Positions 17,188-26,273 of a stretch of 64,000 nt of DNA are shown piece by piece (the stretch's first letter is position 1; every line of letters begins with the position of its first letter). The notes beneath the pieces are model-generated. The model worked only from the letters and a program-made list of their open reading frames with translations, was not told the DNA's origin and did not search any database. The stretch covers positions 756 through 64,755 of the forward strand of contig JAJYJK010000003.1 in NCBI GenBank assembly GCA_021789555.1, written 5' to 3'. A program made the translations under genes and the position numbers. The DNA is from Nitrospirota bacterium. GTDB lineage: Bacteria; Nitrospirota; Thermodesulfovibrionia; Thermodesulfovibrionales; JdFR-88.

Positions 17188-18048
17188 CTAGGCGAAATGC
17201 CCGAGCCACAGCGTGGCAACCAGCAGGAAAAGCGCCTCCGCAAGCTCCGTCAGCGCGCCGAGGTGGTCGCCCGTGAGCCCGCCGAATCTTTTCGTGAAAA
17301 ATTTCACCCCCGAGACACTTAGCGCGTAGAAGAAGCAAAGGAGGAAAAGTGAAAATCCCGCGCAGGCCAGGGGCGAAACGGATTTAAGATAAAAGGCGGG
17401 CAGATAAAAGGCCGCGAAGCAGAGGCCGGCAAGCAGGAGCGTGGAGAGCGCCAATTCTTTGAGACCCGTATTGCCGATGAATATCCGCCCAAGCCCGTCC
17501 TGCCTGGCCGGCCGGCCGTGATACATGGCCGGGATTGTCGTCCATTTGGAAAATGCGGGCATCAGGAACAGGAGGGCGAAGACAATGGATTTGCGGCCCG
17601 GTGAGTATGCGGGCAAATGCTTGTGCCCGGCCCCAAGCATGCTGCTTATAAACAGGTATTTCAGGAGGATGGAGATGATTAGCGCGATAGCCCCCATGGC
17701 CCCGACCGTGCCTTGCTTCATTATGTCCAGCCTCTTTTGACGGTCGGCCGGGGGATTGCCTGAGGATTTTGCTTTCACGGCCAGCGCGTCGGCGGTGTCC
17801 GCGAGCCCGTCCAGGTCAAACCCCCCGCTTGCGCTTATTAAAACGGTCAGGGACAGGCCGCCCGCGACGTACGGGCCGAAAAGTTTTGCAAACGCAAGCG
17901 AGAAAATCGCAAGCAAAAAACCCTGAAAAGCCCCGGCCAGCGGGAAAAAGGTGGCCGATGAGGCAAGCTCCTTCTCCGAGACGCCCCCGTTTACCCTCAC
18001 CGGCAGGATTGTATGGAACTGAAGGGCAAGCAGTATCCGTTTTATCAT
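17188..18048 (-). CDS. cobS: adenosylcobinamide-GDP ribazoletransferase (cobalamin synthase)
   Basis: 286-aa polytopic protein. The N-terminus MIKRILLALQFHTILPV... and GGLTGDHLGA are CobS hallmarks. It follows cobT and ends in TAG. Confidence 0.9.
   Translation of the reverse strand: MIKRILLALQFHTILPVRVNGGVSEKELASSATFFPLAGAFQGFLLAIFSLAFAKLFGPYVAGGLSLTVLISASGGFDLDGLADTADALAVKAKSSGNPPADRQKRLDIMKQGTVGAMGAIALIISILLKYLFISSMLGAGHKHLPAYSPGRKSIVFALLFLMPAFSKWTTIPAMYHGRPARQDGLGRIFIGNTGLKELALSTLLLAGLCFAAFYLPAFYLKSVSPLACAGFSLFLLCFFYALSVSGVKFFTKRFGGLTGDHLGALTELAEALFLLVATLWLGHFA
17387..17416. repeat. 15-nt x2 tandem duplication inside cobS
   Basis: agataaaaggcgggc / agataaaaggccgcg (12/15 identical). It encodes AFYLP-AFYLK. 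Confidence 0.7.
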
Positions 18049-18068
18049 TCAGTCAATTTCGATTTCAA

Positions 18069-19136
18069 TTAATTTAAAATCTCGTCGGAGACCCCGGCCT
18101 CTCCGAACGTCGCCATCTCCCTGTAGATTTTCAGTCCCGCCTCTATGAGGCCCATGCCGAGGGCCGCGCCGGTGCCCTCGCCGAGCCGGAGGTTCAAATC
18201 CAGTATCGGGGCTAGGCCCATCATATCCAGCATCACGCGGTGGCCGATCTCCACCGAGTTGTGGGCCGCGAACATGTAGTCCGCCGTCCACGGCTGGAGG
18301 GCATGGGCTATGAGCGCGCCCGCCGTCGAGATAAACCCGTCTATGACGACCGGCGTCCTGTTTGCCGCCGCCCCCAGCACCAGCCCGGCAATCCCGCCTA
18401 TCTCCGCCCCGCCCACTTTCGAAAGCACATCGATGGGGTCGCGCGCATCCGGGGCGTTCACCCGGATGGCCTCCTCTATCACCTTTATCTTCCTGTAGAG
18501 GGATTCATCCGTTATGCCCGTGCCCTTTCCAGTGACATGAGAGACATCGTTGCCGGTGAGCACCGCCGCTATCGCGCTGGAGGGGGTGGTGTTTCCTATT
18601 CCCATATCGCCGGTGCCAAAAATCATTTTACTCCCGCTTTTCCCGGCGAACCTGTCCGCCAGCCGGATTCCCGTCTCGATGCACCTTACGGCCTCGGCCC
18701 TCGTCATCGCCGGGCCTTTGGTGAAATTTCTTGTCCCCATGACCGCTTTTGCGGATATCAATCCCTTCACCCCTCCGAAATCATGGCGGACCCCTATATC
18801 GACGACGACAACCTTTGCCCCGACGTGGCGGGCAAGCACGTTTATGCCCGCCCCTCCCCGCAGGAAGTTGTGCACCATCTGCACCGTGACCTCCGCGGGA
18901 TATGCGGAGACGCCTTCCTCCGTGACGCCGTGGTCGCCTGCGAATGTGAAGATGACTTTTTTGGAGATGTCAGGCATCGGGTTTCCGGTTATGGCTACCA
19001 GCCTGCCCGCGAACTCCTCGAGCCGCCCCAGGCTGCCGGGCGGCTTCGTGAGGTTGTCCAGGCGCTCCCTGGCCACCTGCCGCCATTTCGGCTCTACCGG
19101 CCTGATTTTTTCGAGCGTGGTTTTGAGCAATTTCAT
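18069..19136 (-). CDS. cobT: nicotinate-nucleotide--dimethylbenzimidazole phosphoribosyltransferase
   Basis: 355 aa. [16 protein letters not shown] and GDMGIGNTT are CobT-type motifs. Confidence 0.95.
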   Translation of the reverse strand: MKLLKTTLEKIRPVEPKWRQVARERLDNLTKPPGSLGRLEEFAGRLVAITGNPMPDISKKVIFTFAGDHGVTEEGVSAYPAEVTVQMVHNFLRGGAGINVLARHVGAKVVVVDIGVRHDFGGVKGLISAKAVMGTRNFTKGPAMTRAEAVRCIETGIRLADRFAGKSGSKMIFGTGDMGIGNTTPSSAIAAVLTGNDVSHVTGKGTGITDESLYRKIKVIEEAIRVNAPDARDPIDVLSKVGGAEIGGIAGLVLGAAANRTPVVIDGFISTAGALIAHALQPWTADYMFAAHNSVEIGHRVMLDMMGLAPILDLNLRLGEGTGAALGMGLIEAGLKIYREMATFGEAGVSDEILN

Positions 19137-19177
19137 GGATTTCTCACTTTCTGTTTTTGGGGGATACCCTCACCCAA

Positions 19178-19200
19178 CCCTCTCCCTTGAAGGGAGAGGG
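19178..19200. repeat. REP-like intergenic hairpin (ccctctccc-ttgaa-gggagaggg)
   Basis: Perfect 9-bp stem between cobT and the upstream radical SAM gene, preceded by cctcacccaa. Same family as 14592-14614. Confidence 0.7.
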
Positions 19201-19236
19201 TTTCAGATTAAAAAGCCGAAATTTTCATTTTCACTT

Positions 19237-20763
19237 TCAGTTCCCCAACTTCGCTATCCGCGCCTCCAGCTCTTCCTCCGCACGGGCGATAAAATCCTCG
19301 GATAAAACCCCCGGCCCTTCGCCCGCCAGCAATCTGTCAAGCGTGTCTTCGAAAAGCCCCACCAGGTATTCATTTATCTCCGCATATGTCTTTTGCGCGC
19401 CCAATGGGGCGGGCCTTCCGCCGCTCCAGATGCCATCCATCCTGCGGAAAAGCAGGTTCGCGGCCCTCCCGATGACTGCGGCAAGCGCCCCGGCCCCGGG
19501 CTCCATGAAGAGCGGCCGCCCCTCATGGGAGGTCTCCATCCGGAGCCGCCCCTCTTTCTCCAGCGCCCGGAAGGCATCGGTGCCCTTGAGTATTATCTGA
19601 TGATGATATAGGACGTTTGCCGTGACCGGCAGGGCATGAAGGAGCCTGTTTCTCTTCAGGAACTGGAAATTGGTTTTTATGTCTTTCAGGGTGGAATCCG
19701 GCTCGAACATGATAAAGCCCACATTGGGCTCTATCCCGTGCCGGCGGAGCGTCTCAAGCGCCTTCTCGTTATCGGCGACGGTCGTCATTTTTTTCATCCG
19801 CAGCAGCGACCGGTCGCTGCCGCTTTCAAGCCCTATGAGGATGTGCCTGAGCCCGGCCCCGGCGAGCGCGGCGATGCCCTTGTCCTTTATATCGTTTGCG
19901 CGGGTCTCGATGCCGAAGTTTATATTTCTGTCTTTAAGCATTGCAGCGAGCCGGAGGGCCCGCCGCTGCCCGCCTGCCCCAGGGCCGAAGAAATTCGGGT
20001 CCGTGAAATAGAAATCCCGCACTCCCTTTTCTGCAATAAGCGCATCGATTTCCATCACGATGTTTTCCGGGCTCCTGCCCCGCCAGCGGGAATCCCCTCC
20101 GAAGAACGAATTTATATGGCAGAAGGCGCACCTTCCGTAACACCCGCGGCTCCCAAGTATGTTTACCTCCGGCAGCCGCCACATCGCCGCTGTGCGGACC
20201 GGGAAGGGGAGACGGTCCGGATTCCCGGCGGTCTCCGGCGGGGAAGAGATAATTTTCCCATCCCCCTCCCCGCCCCTCATCGCAAGGCCCGGTATGTTAT
20301 TTATTTTATGTGGGGGGTGCGCGGGACGGCCGGCGGCGATTGACCTTGCCACGGAGGCAAAGGTCAGCTCCGGCTCTCCAAGCAGGACCGCGTCCACCGC
20401 CTCGCAGCCGGCAAGTATCTCTTTGAAGGCGAAGGTGGGATAAAACCCGTAGGCCGCAATAAATGAGGCGGCGCCCTCTTTTTTCATCTCCGAAAGGAAT
20501 TCCGCAAGTCTTTTGTCGTCCTCCCAGTGGTAGACCATGTGCACGCCGAGGATTTTCGGCCCGAAGGCATAAACCATCCGCCGGATTTCCGGATAGGAAA
20601 GCCTGTCCATAAACCCTTCGATGATTTCGACCTCGTGTCCTTCCTCAAGCAGCATGGCCGCCGTATAGCCCGTAAGAAGACAGGAGGAAAGGGGGGTGTT
20701 GGCGATATCGTTGCACCGCTCGGGGCGGTTGCTCCTCGGGTGCTCAAGGAGGAGTATTTTCAT
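19237..20763 (-). CDS. B12-binding domain radical SAM protein (BzaE-like by position)
   Basis: Trimmed to ATG 20763 (MKILLLEHPR...). It has an N-terminal B12-binding-type Rossmann segment and then the radical SAM cluster motif GCYGRCAFC (CxxxCxxC). The BzaE assignment rests only on operon context. Confidence 0.8.
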   Translation of the reverse strand: MKILLLEHPRSNRPERCNDIANTPLSSCLLTGYTAAMLLEEGHEVEIIEGFMDRLSYPEIRRMVYAFGPKILGVHMVYHWEDDKRLAEFLSEMKKEGAASFIAAYGFYPTFAFKEILAGCEAVDAVLLGEPELTFASVARSIAAGRPAHPPHKINNIPGLAMRGGEGDGKIISSPPETAGNPDRLPFPVRTAAMWRLPEVNILGSRGCYGRCAFCHINSFFGGDSRWRGRSPENIVMEIDALIAEKGVRDFYFTDPNFFGPGAGGQRRALRLAAMLKDRNINFGIETRANDIKDKGIAALAGAGLRHILIGLESGSDRSLLRMKKMTTVADNEKALETLRRHGIEPNVGFIMFEPDSTLKDIKTNFQFLKRNRLLHALPVTANVLYHHQIILKGTDAFRALEKEGRLRMETSHEGRPLFMEPGAGALAAVIGRAANLLFRRMDGIWSGGRPAPLGAQKTYAEINEYLVGLFEDTLDRLLAGEGPGVLSEDFIARAEEELEARIAKLGN

Positions 20764-20842
20764 ACTAAAGACAAGGCAGAGCAAGCCCTGCCCCCGCGTC
20801 CAAACGGCAAAGAGCCCGTTTTGCGGCGTGGCTTGTCCATAA

Positions 20843-22183
20843 TCATTCGCCTTGCCATGAAAAAACGTTTTTGCAGAAACTGAGGGTTTCAAGCTCGTAC
20901 CTGAGAGTCTCAAGCGGTGGCGGGTCATAGTAGACCGGATACAGGAGGTCCTGGCCCTTCCTTATCACCCCGTTTCGTATCGCGGCCTCCTCGATGGGCG
21001 TGCCGGGCAGGATGCGGATATTGTTAAGGACGATTGCGCCCAGATTTTTCTTTGGGGCGTGCAGGGCGTAAAGGCGCTCGACGAGGCCAAACGCCTTTGC
21101 CCTCGTCCCTTCGGTCTCGCCGGGGGCGTTTACCATGAAATGATAGACCGAAAGGATATCCACCTTCGCGGCAGCGCGGGCCGCCTTCAGGATGTCGCCT
21201 TCCCGTGTCTTTTTCCCCAGCGCCTCCAGCGCCTCACGGCACAGCCCGTCCGGGGAGAAGGAAAAACATTCGCAGCCGGCCTTTTCATACAGGGAGGCGC
21301 ATTTCCCGTCAAAGAGGTCTTCCCTGAAGAAGCCGTCCCATTTCAGGCGGAGCCTTCTGCGCAGGAGTTCCCTGCAAATATCCGCAAGGTGTCCCTTCGG
21401 GTTATTCAAGACGGGGTCGGTGAAATGGAACCGCTCCACCCCGAATTCCCTGTATGACGCCTCCATCTCGTCCACCACGGAATTCGGGGGGCGGAGCCTC
21501 AGCCGCCTGCCCTGGAGCCGGGGATAAACGCAGTATGAGCAGCCAAAGGGGCAGCCGCGTTTGCTCTCGATGCCGAAGGCGGGCACGTAGGATTCCGCGA
21601 CAAGATACGGAGCGGGATCAAGCAGCGACTTGTCTGCCGGCCTGTATCCGGCCATGTCAATTTCCCTTGCCGGGGCGGATATCTTTATTTTATCTCCCAT
21701 CCTCAGGCAGAGGCCTTCGATTGCGGGCGGGTTTTCGAGGTTTTTATCTTTCAGGAGGGCGGGCAGGCCGTATTCGGCCTCCCCGGCGACGCCGTATCTT
21801 ATCTCCGGCAGTTCCCGCATGAGGCGCTCCGGGAAGAGGGAAAAACCCGTGCCCCCCGCGATGATTGAGGCCCCTGGAAGGAGGGCCGCCGTCATGCGGA
21901 CGGCCGCCGCGAATTGCGGCACATAGGAGGACCTTTTATTTGCGAGCGGGTCCAGGTTTCTCAAAGAGAGGCCGACCGCATGGGGACGGAAATCCAGAAG
22001 GGCCGTCTTGAGCGCCCTGAAGGGGTCCTCGTTTTGGAGATTCATATCGAGGATGCGCGTCTCATGGCCTTCCTCTTTGAGCCCAGTTGCCAGAAGGACT
22101 GTGCCTATCGGATAGACCCTGGCAGAGGCGGCGTTTTCGACGGAGGGGGTCTGGACCATCAATACGCGCATTTTTGCGGTCAC
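20843..22183 (-). CDS. B12-binding domain radical SAM protein (BzaD-like by position)
   Basis: 446 aa with an N-terminal B12-binding-like segment and GCPFGCSYC (CxxxCxxC). GTG 22183 overlaps the upstream TGA (GTGA); ATG 22171 is an alternative start. Confidence 0.8.
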   Translation of the reverse strand: MTAKMRVLMVQTPSVENAASARVYPIGTVLLATGLKEEGHETRILDMNLQNEDPFRALKTALLDFRPHAVGLSLRNLDPLANKRSSYVPQFAAAVRMTAALLPGASIIAGGTGFSLFPERLMRELPEIRYGVAGEAEYGLPALLKDKNLENPPAIEGLCLRMGDKIKISAPAREIDMAGYRPADKSLLDPAPYLVAESYVPAFGIESKRGCPFGCSYCVYPRLQGRRLRLRPPNSVVDEMEASYREFGVERFHFTDPVLNNPKGHLADICRELLRRRLRLKWDGFFREDLFDGKCASLYEKAGCECFSFSPDGLCREALEALGKKTREGDILKAARAAAKVDILSVYHFMVNAPGETEGTRAKAFGLVERLYALHAPKKNLGAIVLNNIRILPGTPIEEAAIRNGVIRKGQDLLYPVYYDPPPLETLRYELETLSFCKNVFSWQGE

Positions 22184-23823
22184 TCGAGCAGAAGCAAGGC
22201 GAAGTATTTCACAAAATCCTCCCTGCCGCCCAGCGTTTTCAATTCGATGCCGGCCCGCCTTACGGTCTCGAAGACGTCCATGCCCGCTGCCTCCATCGAG
22301 GGCCGGGCGTCCCTGGGGTTCCGGCAGGCGGTGTCTTCACAAACGGGGCAGAGGGCGCACGGGCCCGCCCAATAGGAAAAGGCCTTGTAAAAGCCCGAGA
22401 CGAATGCCTCCCGTTCCGCCTTCAGGACATTCAGTTGAAAATCTCTTGAAGGCGGCTCTCCTTCCAGCAGGAGCGCCTTCGAACACCCCCGGATAAGGCG
22501 CAGCGTCTCGTCATGCGATGGCGCATCGGGGGGGCAATGCGGTTTTTTACCGAAAAATCCGCAGCCATAGCGGCATTTGAGCGCCGTCCATCCGGGGATG
22601 TACACATCTTCCGGGCGGATGGGAACGGCCCTGCTAAAGCCAAGTTGCAATATCTTTGCCGCGAGCAGGGCCACGGGGTCCGGGCGGAGTTTCGAGAGCG
22701 CCGTCCGGTCTTTCGATGCCGCAATCAGGGCGGTGTCCGACTCCAGCGGGACAAGGCCGCTCAGGTGGGAAAGCCCGAGGCGGATGAGCGCGTCTTTTAC
22801 CTCATCGAAGTGAAAGACCCTGCCGTTATACGTGTTTATGAGCATGTTCAAGTCGAAGAGCGCGGCCTTTGCCGTGTGATGCTCGGGGAAAAAATCGTGG
22901 ATGAGGAGGAGCCCGTCTTTATTGAGGCACCTTGCCGCGTTTGCCAGTATGTGCGGCAGTTCCTTTTCCGAATAGGCGTGGATTATGTTGGAGAGGATGA
23001 CGAGGCTGAAGCGGCCGTCATCAAAAGGCCATATCTCCAGGATATTCGCGGCGCAAAAGTCGACCCGGCCGTTGGGGCTTTCACTTTTGGTAAAACCTCT
23101 TTCGCCCATCATCTGCTCTGTAAGGCCGATAACCTGCGGGATGTCCATGAGGGTGGCCCGAAGCGTCCCGGAGCGCTCAAGCAGGGCGGCGGCGATTGCC
23201 CCGGAGCCGGCCCCCACGTCAAGCGCCTCGCCCTCCAGCGGGAATAGGCCCAGGATGGGGAGTATCTCTTTTGCCTTCACCCTGGCGACCGAGTCCATCG
23301 CCCTTATGTATTTTTGGATGCGCCCCCCGTCCCGGCAGTTATCTGATGGCCCCCCATTCAGCCCGACATTTGACCCGACATTTAGATAATTATCTGATAA
23401 ATTTTCCGATGGATTTTTCCGGATGTGCTCTTTGAGCGCGGCCCATCGAGGGCGAAGCTCTTTCCTCCACATCACGATGTCGCCCTGGTAGTCTTCCTTT
23501 CCCGGCACGAGGTATCGGCCTGCCAGCGCCGAATTGAAATAAAGGCCGTCTTTGTTTTTGTCCGGCCCCCCCTCGCATACAAGCCCGATTGAACAGAGGG
23601 CGCGAAGGATTCTTGTAAGCGCCTCTGCCCGTACGCCAAGCGCGCGGGAAAGCTCGTTTGCGGATTTTCCGGCCGGGGATTTTCCGGCCGAATCAAGGAG
23701 GCCGAAGAGGCCCGCCTCAACCGCCCAGAAGAGGGTCTCCGAAGACCAGTAGGCCGTGGCGATGTCCTCGATGGCCTGGAAACCCGCCTGCTGGGGATCG
23801 GCCCTGAAATTACCGGCCCCCAA
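22180..23823 (-). CDS. fusion of SAM-dependent O-methyltransferase-like domain and Cys-rich DUF2284-like metal-binding domain (BzaC-like by position)
   Basis: The N-terminal part looks like a dimerisation region. The SAM motif LDVGAGSGAIAAALL follows. The C-terminal ~170 aa read KCRYGCGFFGKKPHCPP ... GPCALCPVCEDTAC ... RPSMEAAGMDV, which is the DUF2284 pattern. TTG start. Confidence 0.75.
   Translation of the reverse strand: MGAGNFRADPQQAGFQAIEDIATAYWSSETLFWAVEAGLFGLLDSAGKSPAGKSANELSRALGVRAEALTRILRALCSIGLVCEGGPDKNKDGLYFNSALAGRYLVPGKEDYQGDIVMWRKELRPRWAALKEHIRKNPSENLSDNYLNVGSNVGLNGGPSDNCRDGGRIQKYIRAMDSVARVKAKEILPILGLFPLEGEALDVGAGSGAIAAALLERSGTLRATLMDIPQVIGLTEQMMGERGFTKSESPNGRVDFCAANILEIWPFDDGRFSLVILSNIIHAYSEKELPHILANAARCLNKDGLLLIHDFFPEHHTAKAALFDLNMLINTYNGRVFHFDEVKDALIRLGLSHLSGLVPLESDTALIAASKDRTALSKLRPDPVALLAAKILQLGFSRAVPIRPEDVYIPGWTALKCRYGCGFFGKKPHCPPDAPSHDETLRLIRGCSKALLLEGEPPSRDFQLNVLKAEREAFVSGFYKAFSYWAGPCALCPVCEDTACRNPRDARPSMEAAGMDVFETVRRAGIELKTLGGREDFVKYFALLLLE
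23362..23385. repeat. 12-nt x2 tandem duplication inside the methyltransferase gene
   Basis: cccgacatttga / cccgacatttag (10/12 identical). It encodes NVGS-NVGL. Confidence 0.7.
23661..23690. repeat. 15-nt x2 tandem duplication inside the methyltransferase gene
   Basis: ggattttccggccgg / ggattttccggccga (14/15 identical). It encodes AGKSP-AGKSA. Confidence 0.85.
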
Positions 23824-23859
23824 ACTTCCGGCCCCCCCGTGTAAAGATCATGCGAGAAA

Positions 23860-25161
23860 TCATTTTTTGTCCGAGCCGGCCATATCCTTTTCGAAAATCC
23901 CCCGCAGCATATCGTTGGCGCAGAACTTGCCGCACATGGTGCAGGAGTGCTCGTCGCCATCGCCGCGCTTGGTCTTTATCTCGACTGCGCGCTCGGGGTC
24001 TATGGCCAGCCTGAACTGTTCGTCCCAGCGCATGTCGCGCCTCGCCTTGGACATCGCCTTGTCCGCGTCCATTTTCTTGTGTTTTATCATGTCGCCCACG
24101 TGGGCGGCGATCCTGGCCGCTATGACGCCCTCGCGCACGTCCTCCGGGTATGGCAGGCCCAGGTGCTCCGAAGGCGTGACATAGCAGATAAAATCCGCGC
24201 CGTAAGAGGAGGAGAGGGCGGCCCCGATGGCGGCCGTTATATGGTCGTAGCCGGGGGCGATGTCGGTGGTGATGGGCCCCAGCATGTAGAAAGGCGAGCC
24301 GCCGCTCATCTTTTTTTCCATTATGATATTCGCCTCGATCTCGTTTATCGGGATATGCCCCGGCCCCTCGACCATCGTCTGGCAGCCGGCCGATCTTCCG
24401 ATTTCCGCAAGCTCGCAGTTGATGAGGAGTTCCTGTATCTGCACCCTGTCGGTGGAGTCGTGTATCGCGCCGGCCCTGAAACCGTTTCCGAGGCTAAGGA
24501 CGGTATCATGCTTTTTGAGGATGGAGACGACGCGGTCAAAATGCTCGTAGAGGGGGTTTTCCCTGCCGTTGTGCTCCATCCAGGCCACCATATAGGAGCC
24601 GCCCTTGGAGACCAGCCCCCCGTAGCGGTAGTGCTGTTTGCGGAGCATCTCGACCGTCCTTCGGTTTATGCCGCAGTGGATGGCCATGAACCCCACTCCC
24701 TCCTCGCACTGCCTCTCGGTGACCTCGAAGAGCAGCTCCGCCGGCATCTTTACGGCCGCGCCGTATTTTTCGATTGCCATGGCGAAGGCCTCATAGAGCG
24801 GGACGGTCCCGACGGGGAGGTCTATCGCGCCCATGACCGTCTTTCTTATGCCCGCGATGTCGCCGCCGACGCTAAGATCCATGAGGGTGTCGGCGCCGTA
24901 TTTTTCGGCTATCTTCGCTTTTTCGACCTCCATTTTGACATCGGCGATTGAGGTGGAGGTGCCTATGGAGGCGTTCACCTTGGTCCTGAGACCCCCGCCG
25001 ATGCCCAATATCCTGCTTTTCCTGTTGGTGTTGGCCGGTATGACGACTTTTCCCGCGGCGACGCGCTCCGCCAGCGCCTGCGCGTCAACCCCCTCATCCA
25101 GGGCCACTTTCCTGACCTGCTCCGTAATCTCCGACTTCAGGGCGCGCTCCAGTTGTGTCAT
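23860..25161 (-). CDS. bzaF: ThiC-family radical SAM enzyme; context indicates 5-hydroxybenzimidazole synthase (BzaF-type) rather than HMP-P synthase
   Basis: 433 aa from ATG 25161, which follows AAGGAGG. ThiC-like sequence runs throughout and ends in the C-terminal Cys cluster CTMCGKFC. It is preceded by a cobalamin riboswitch, not a TPP one, and followed by methyltransferase, two B12-rSAM genes and cobT. The ORF-track N-terminal extension runs through the terminator hairpin. Confidence 0.85.
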   Translation of the reverse strand: MTQLERALKSEITEQVRKVALDEGVDAQALAERVAAGKVVIPANTNRKSRILGIGGGLRTKVNASIGTSTSIADVKMEVEKAKIAEKYGADTLMDLSVGGDIAGIRKTVMGAIDLPVGTVPLYEAFAMAIEKYGAAVKMPAELLFEVTERQCEEGVGFMAIHCGINRRTVEMLRKQHYRYGGLVSKGGSYMVAWMEHNGRENPLYEHFDRVVSILKKHDTVLSLGNGFRAGAIHDSTDRVQIQELLINCELAEIGRSAGCQTMVEGPGHIPINEIEANIIMEKKMSGGSPFYMLGPITTDIAPGYDHITAAIGAALSSSYGADFICYVTPSEHLGLPYPEDVREGVIAARIAAHVGDMIKHKKMDADKAMSKARRDMRWDEQFRLAIDPERAVEIKTKRGDGDEHSCTMCGKFCANDMLRGIFEKDMAGSDKK

Positions 25162-25174
25162 CTCGTCCTCCTTA

Positions 25175-25231
25175 TGGAATAAAAAATAAAAATCCTCAAA
25201 GCGGATCCTGCAAGGATCCGCTTTGAGGATT
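25175..25231 (-). terminator. riboswitch-associated intrinsic terminator (expression platform)
   Basis: Perfect 18-bp stem aatcctcaaagcggatcc / ggatccgctttgaggatt (25191-25208 / 25214-25231) with a 5-nt loop. On the - strand it is followed by tttattttttatt, just before the RBS of the thiC-like gene. Confidence 0.8.
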
Positions 25232-25334
25232 GCACCCTGTTTCACTTCATCCTCGAATGGGAAGATTCCCTCCGCGGGAAAGCGGGCATAAACATATGCG
25301 CCGCCATGGCTTTAAACCGCAACCGATTTTTAGC

Positions 25335-25550
25335 TGCGGCGCCGGGCCAATACAGTCAGGCAGGTCTTCTGGCTACAGGTTCATCCTACTTGCCGGCCTT
25401 CCCAGGCCCTTATGGATCCGTTAACGGATTCCGGCGGGCCAAGTGGCTAGAGTTCGGCTTTCGTCCCCTTTACAGCGGCGGGACCGCTCCCGATTAGGAT
25501 TTTCATTTTCAATTCATTCCAACCCGCACGGGATTCCCTATTAAGCCTTG
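25335..25550 (-). promoter_or_regulatory. cobalamin (B12) riboswitch
   Basis: The - strand reads AATAGGGAA ... GAAAATCC ... GGTCCCGCCGCTGTAA ... GCCACTTGG ... GGGAAGGC ... and the B12 box AGCCAGAAGACCTGCC (25357-25373). The order and spacing of these blocks fit the cobalamin riboswitch consensus. Boundaries are approximate. Confidence 0.85.
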
Positions 25551-25579
25551 CGGCGCCTGATTATGTCTTCCGCTTACGT

Positions 25580-25607
25580 TATATACCCGCGCCCGGCCCC
25601 TTGTCAA
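25580..25607 (-). promoter_or_regulatory. candidate sigma70-type promoter of the riboswitch/bza operon
   Basis: On the - strand, TTGACA (25607-25602), a 16-nt spacer, then TATATA (25585-25580), about 25 nt upstream of the riboswitch. Confidence 0.45.
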
Positions 25608-25635
25608 TATGATGCCCGATATGATGCCCAATATG
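25607..25635. repeat. 12-nt x2.4 tandem repeat just upstream of the -35 box
   Basis: atatgatgcccg / atatgatgccca / atatg. Confidence 0.8.
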
Positions 25636-25662
25636 CGTGCCGGGAGACGGGAGAAAGCTGAC

Positions 25663-26130
25663 TTAAGGCATGGGCATCGTCATCTGGGCCTTTTCGAGTT
25701 TCAGATGGAGCTGCCTGACACCCGATTTTTCGAACACCAGGGTCAGCGTAAAGGGAGAGCCCGCAACCATGGTCCTTGGCATGTCCTCGAGCATGATATG
25801 GCTGCTGCCCATCTTGAACACCGTGGAGCTTCCGCCGCGGACAGCGACCGTTGCAACGTGCGCCATGCGTTTGCCCTTCATGACATGAAACGCCGCCGTC
25901 GCGCCGGGGATGTCCGTACTGACACCATTGAGCACATCCGATCCCCCGTCGTTTTTGATGGTCATGAAGACCATGGCCTCGCCGTAAATGGCAGGCGACA
26001 GTACGGCCCTGGGCCCCTCGATGCTGATCTGCGGCGGACCGCTGTGACATGCCGCAAAGATGACCGCGCCCAGAAATACGATGATGGCTGCTGCGGAAAA
26101 TTTCCCCCGGACTCGTGAACTTTTGGCCAT
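25663..26130 (-). CDS. copper chaperone PCu(A)C-like lipoprotein (DUF461)
   Basis: 155 aa from ATG 26130, which follows AGGAGG. It has a lipobox (IFAAC) and His/Met-rich motifs FHVMKGKRMAH ... SSHIMLEDM typical of PCuAC. The 324-aa ORF-track version has an Arg/Gly-rich, non-coding-looking extension. Confidence 0.7.
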   Translation of the reverse strand: MAKSSRVRGKFSAAAIIVFLGAVIFAACHSGPPQISIEGPRAVLSPAIYGEAMVFMTIKNDGGSDVLNGVSTDIPGATAAFHVMKGKRMAHVATVAVRGGSSTVFKMGSSHIMLEDMPRTMVAGSPFTLTLVFEKSGVRQLHLKLEKAQMTMPMP

Positions 26131-26273
26131 GCCTCTCCTCCTTTGCCCGTTTTCAGTCCAGCTAACCGCTATAATGTACATTTTTTTTGATGTTTTTTGA
26201 AAGATGCAGCGGGATATGTGTGTGTCGGGATATGCGGCGGGGGATGCGTTTGGGGGAGGGTGCGGCCCCCTGC

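Noticed and set aside
23860-25161. Calling the ThiC-family gene a thiamine (HMP-P synthase) gene
   Set aside because: Its leader carries cobalamin-riboswitch motifs (B12 box AGCCAGAAGACCTGCC), not a TPP riboswitch. Its operon partners are a methyltransferase, B12-rSAM genes and cobT/cobS, not thi genes. ThiC identity cannot be fully excluded without phylogeny.
25162-25245. 28-codon N-terminal extension of the ThiC-like gene
   Set aside because: It would be translated through the perfect terminator hairpin and U-run of the riboswitch platform. ATG 25161 has AAGGAGG at the correct spacing.
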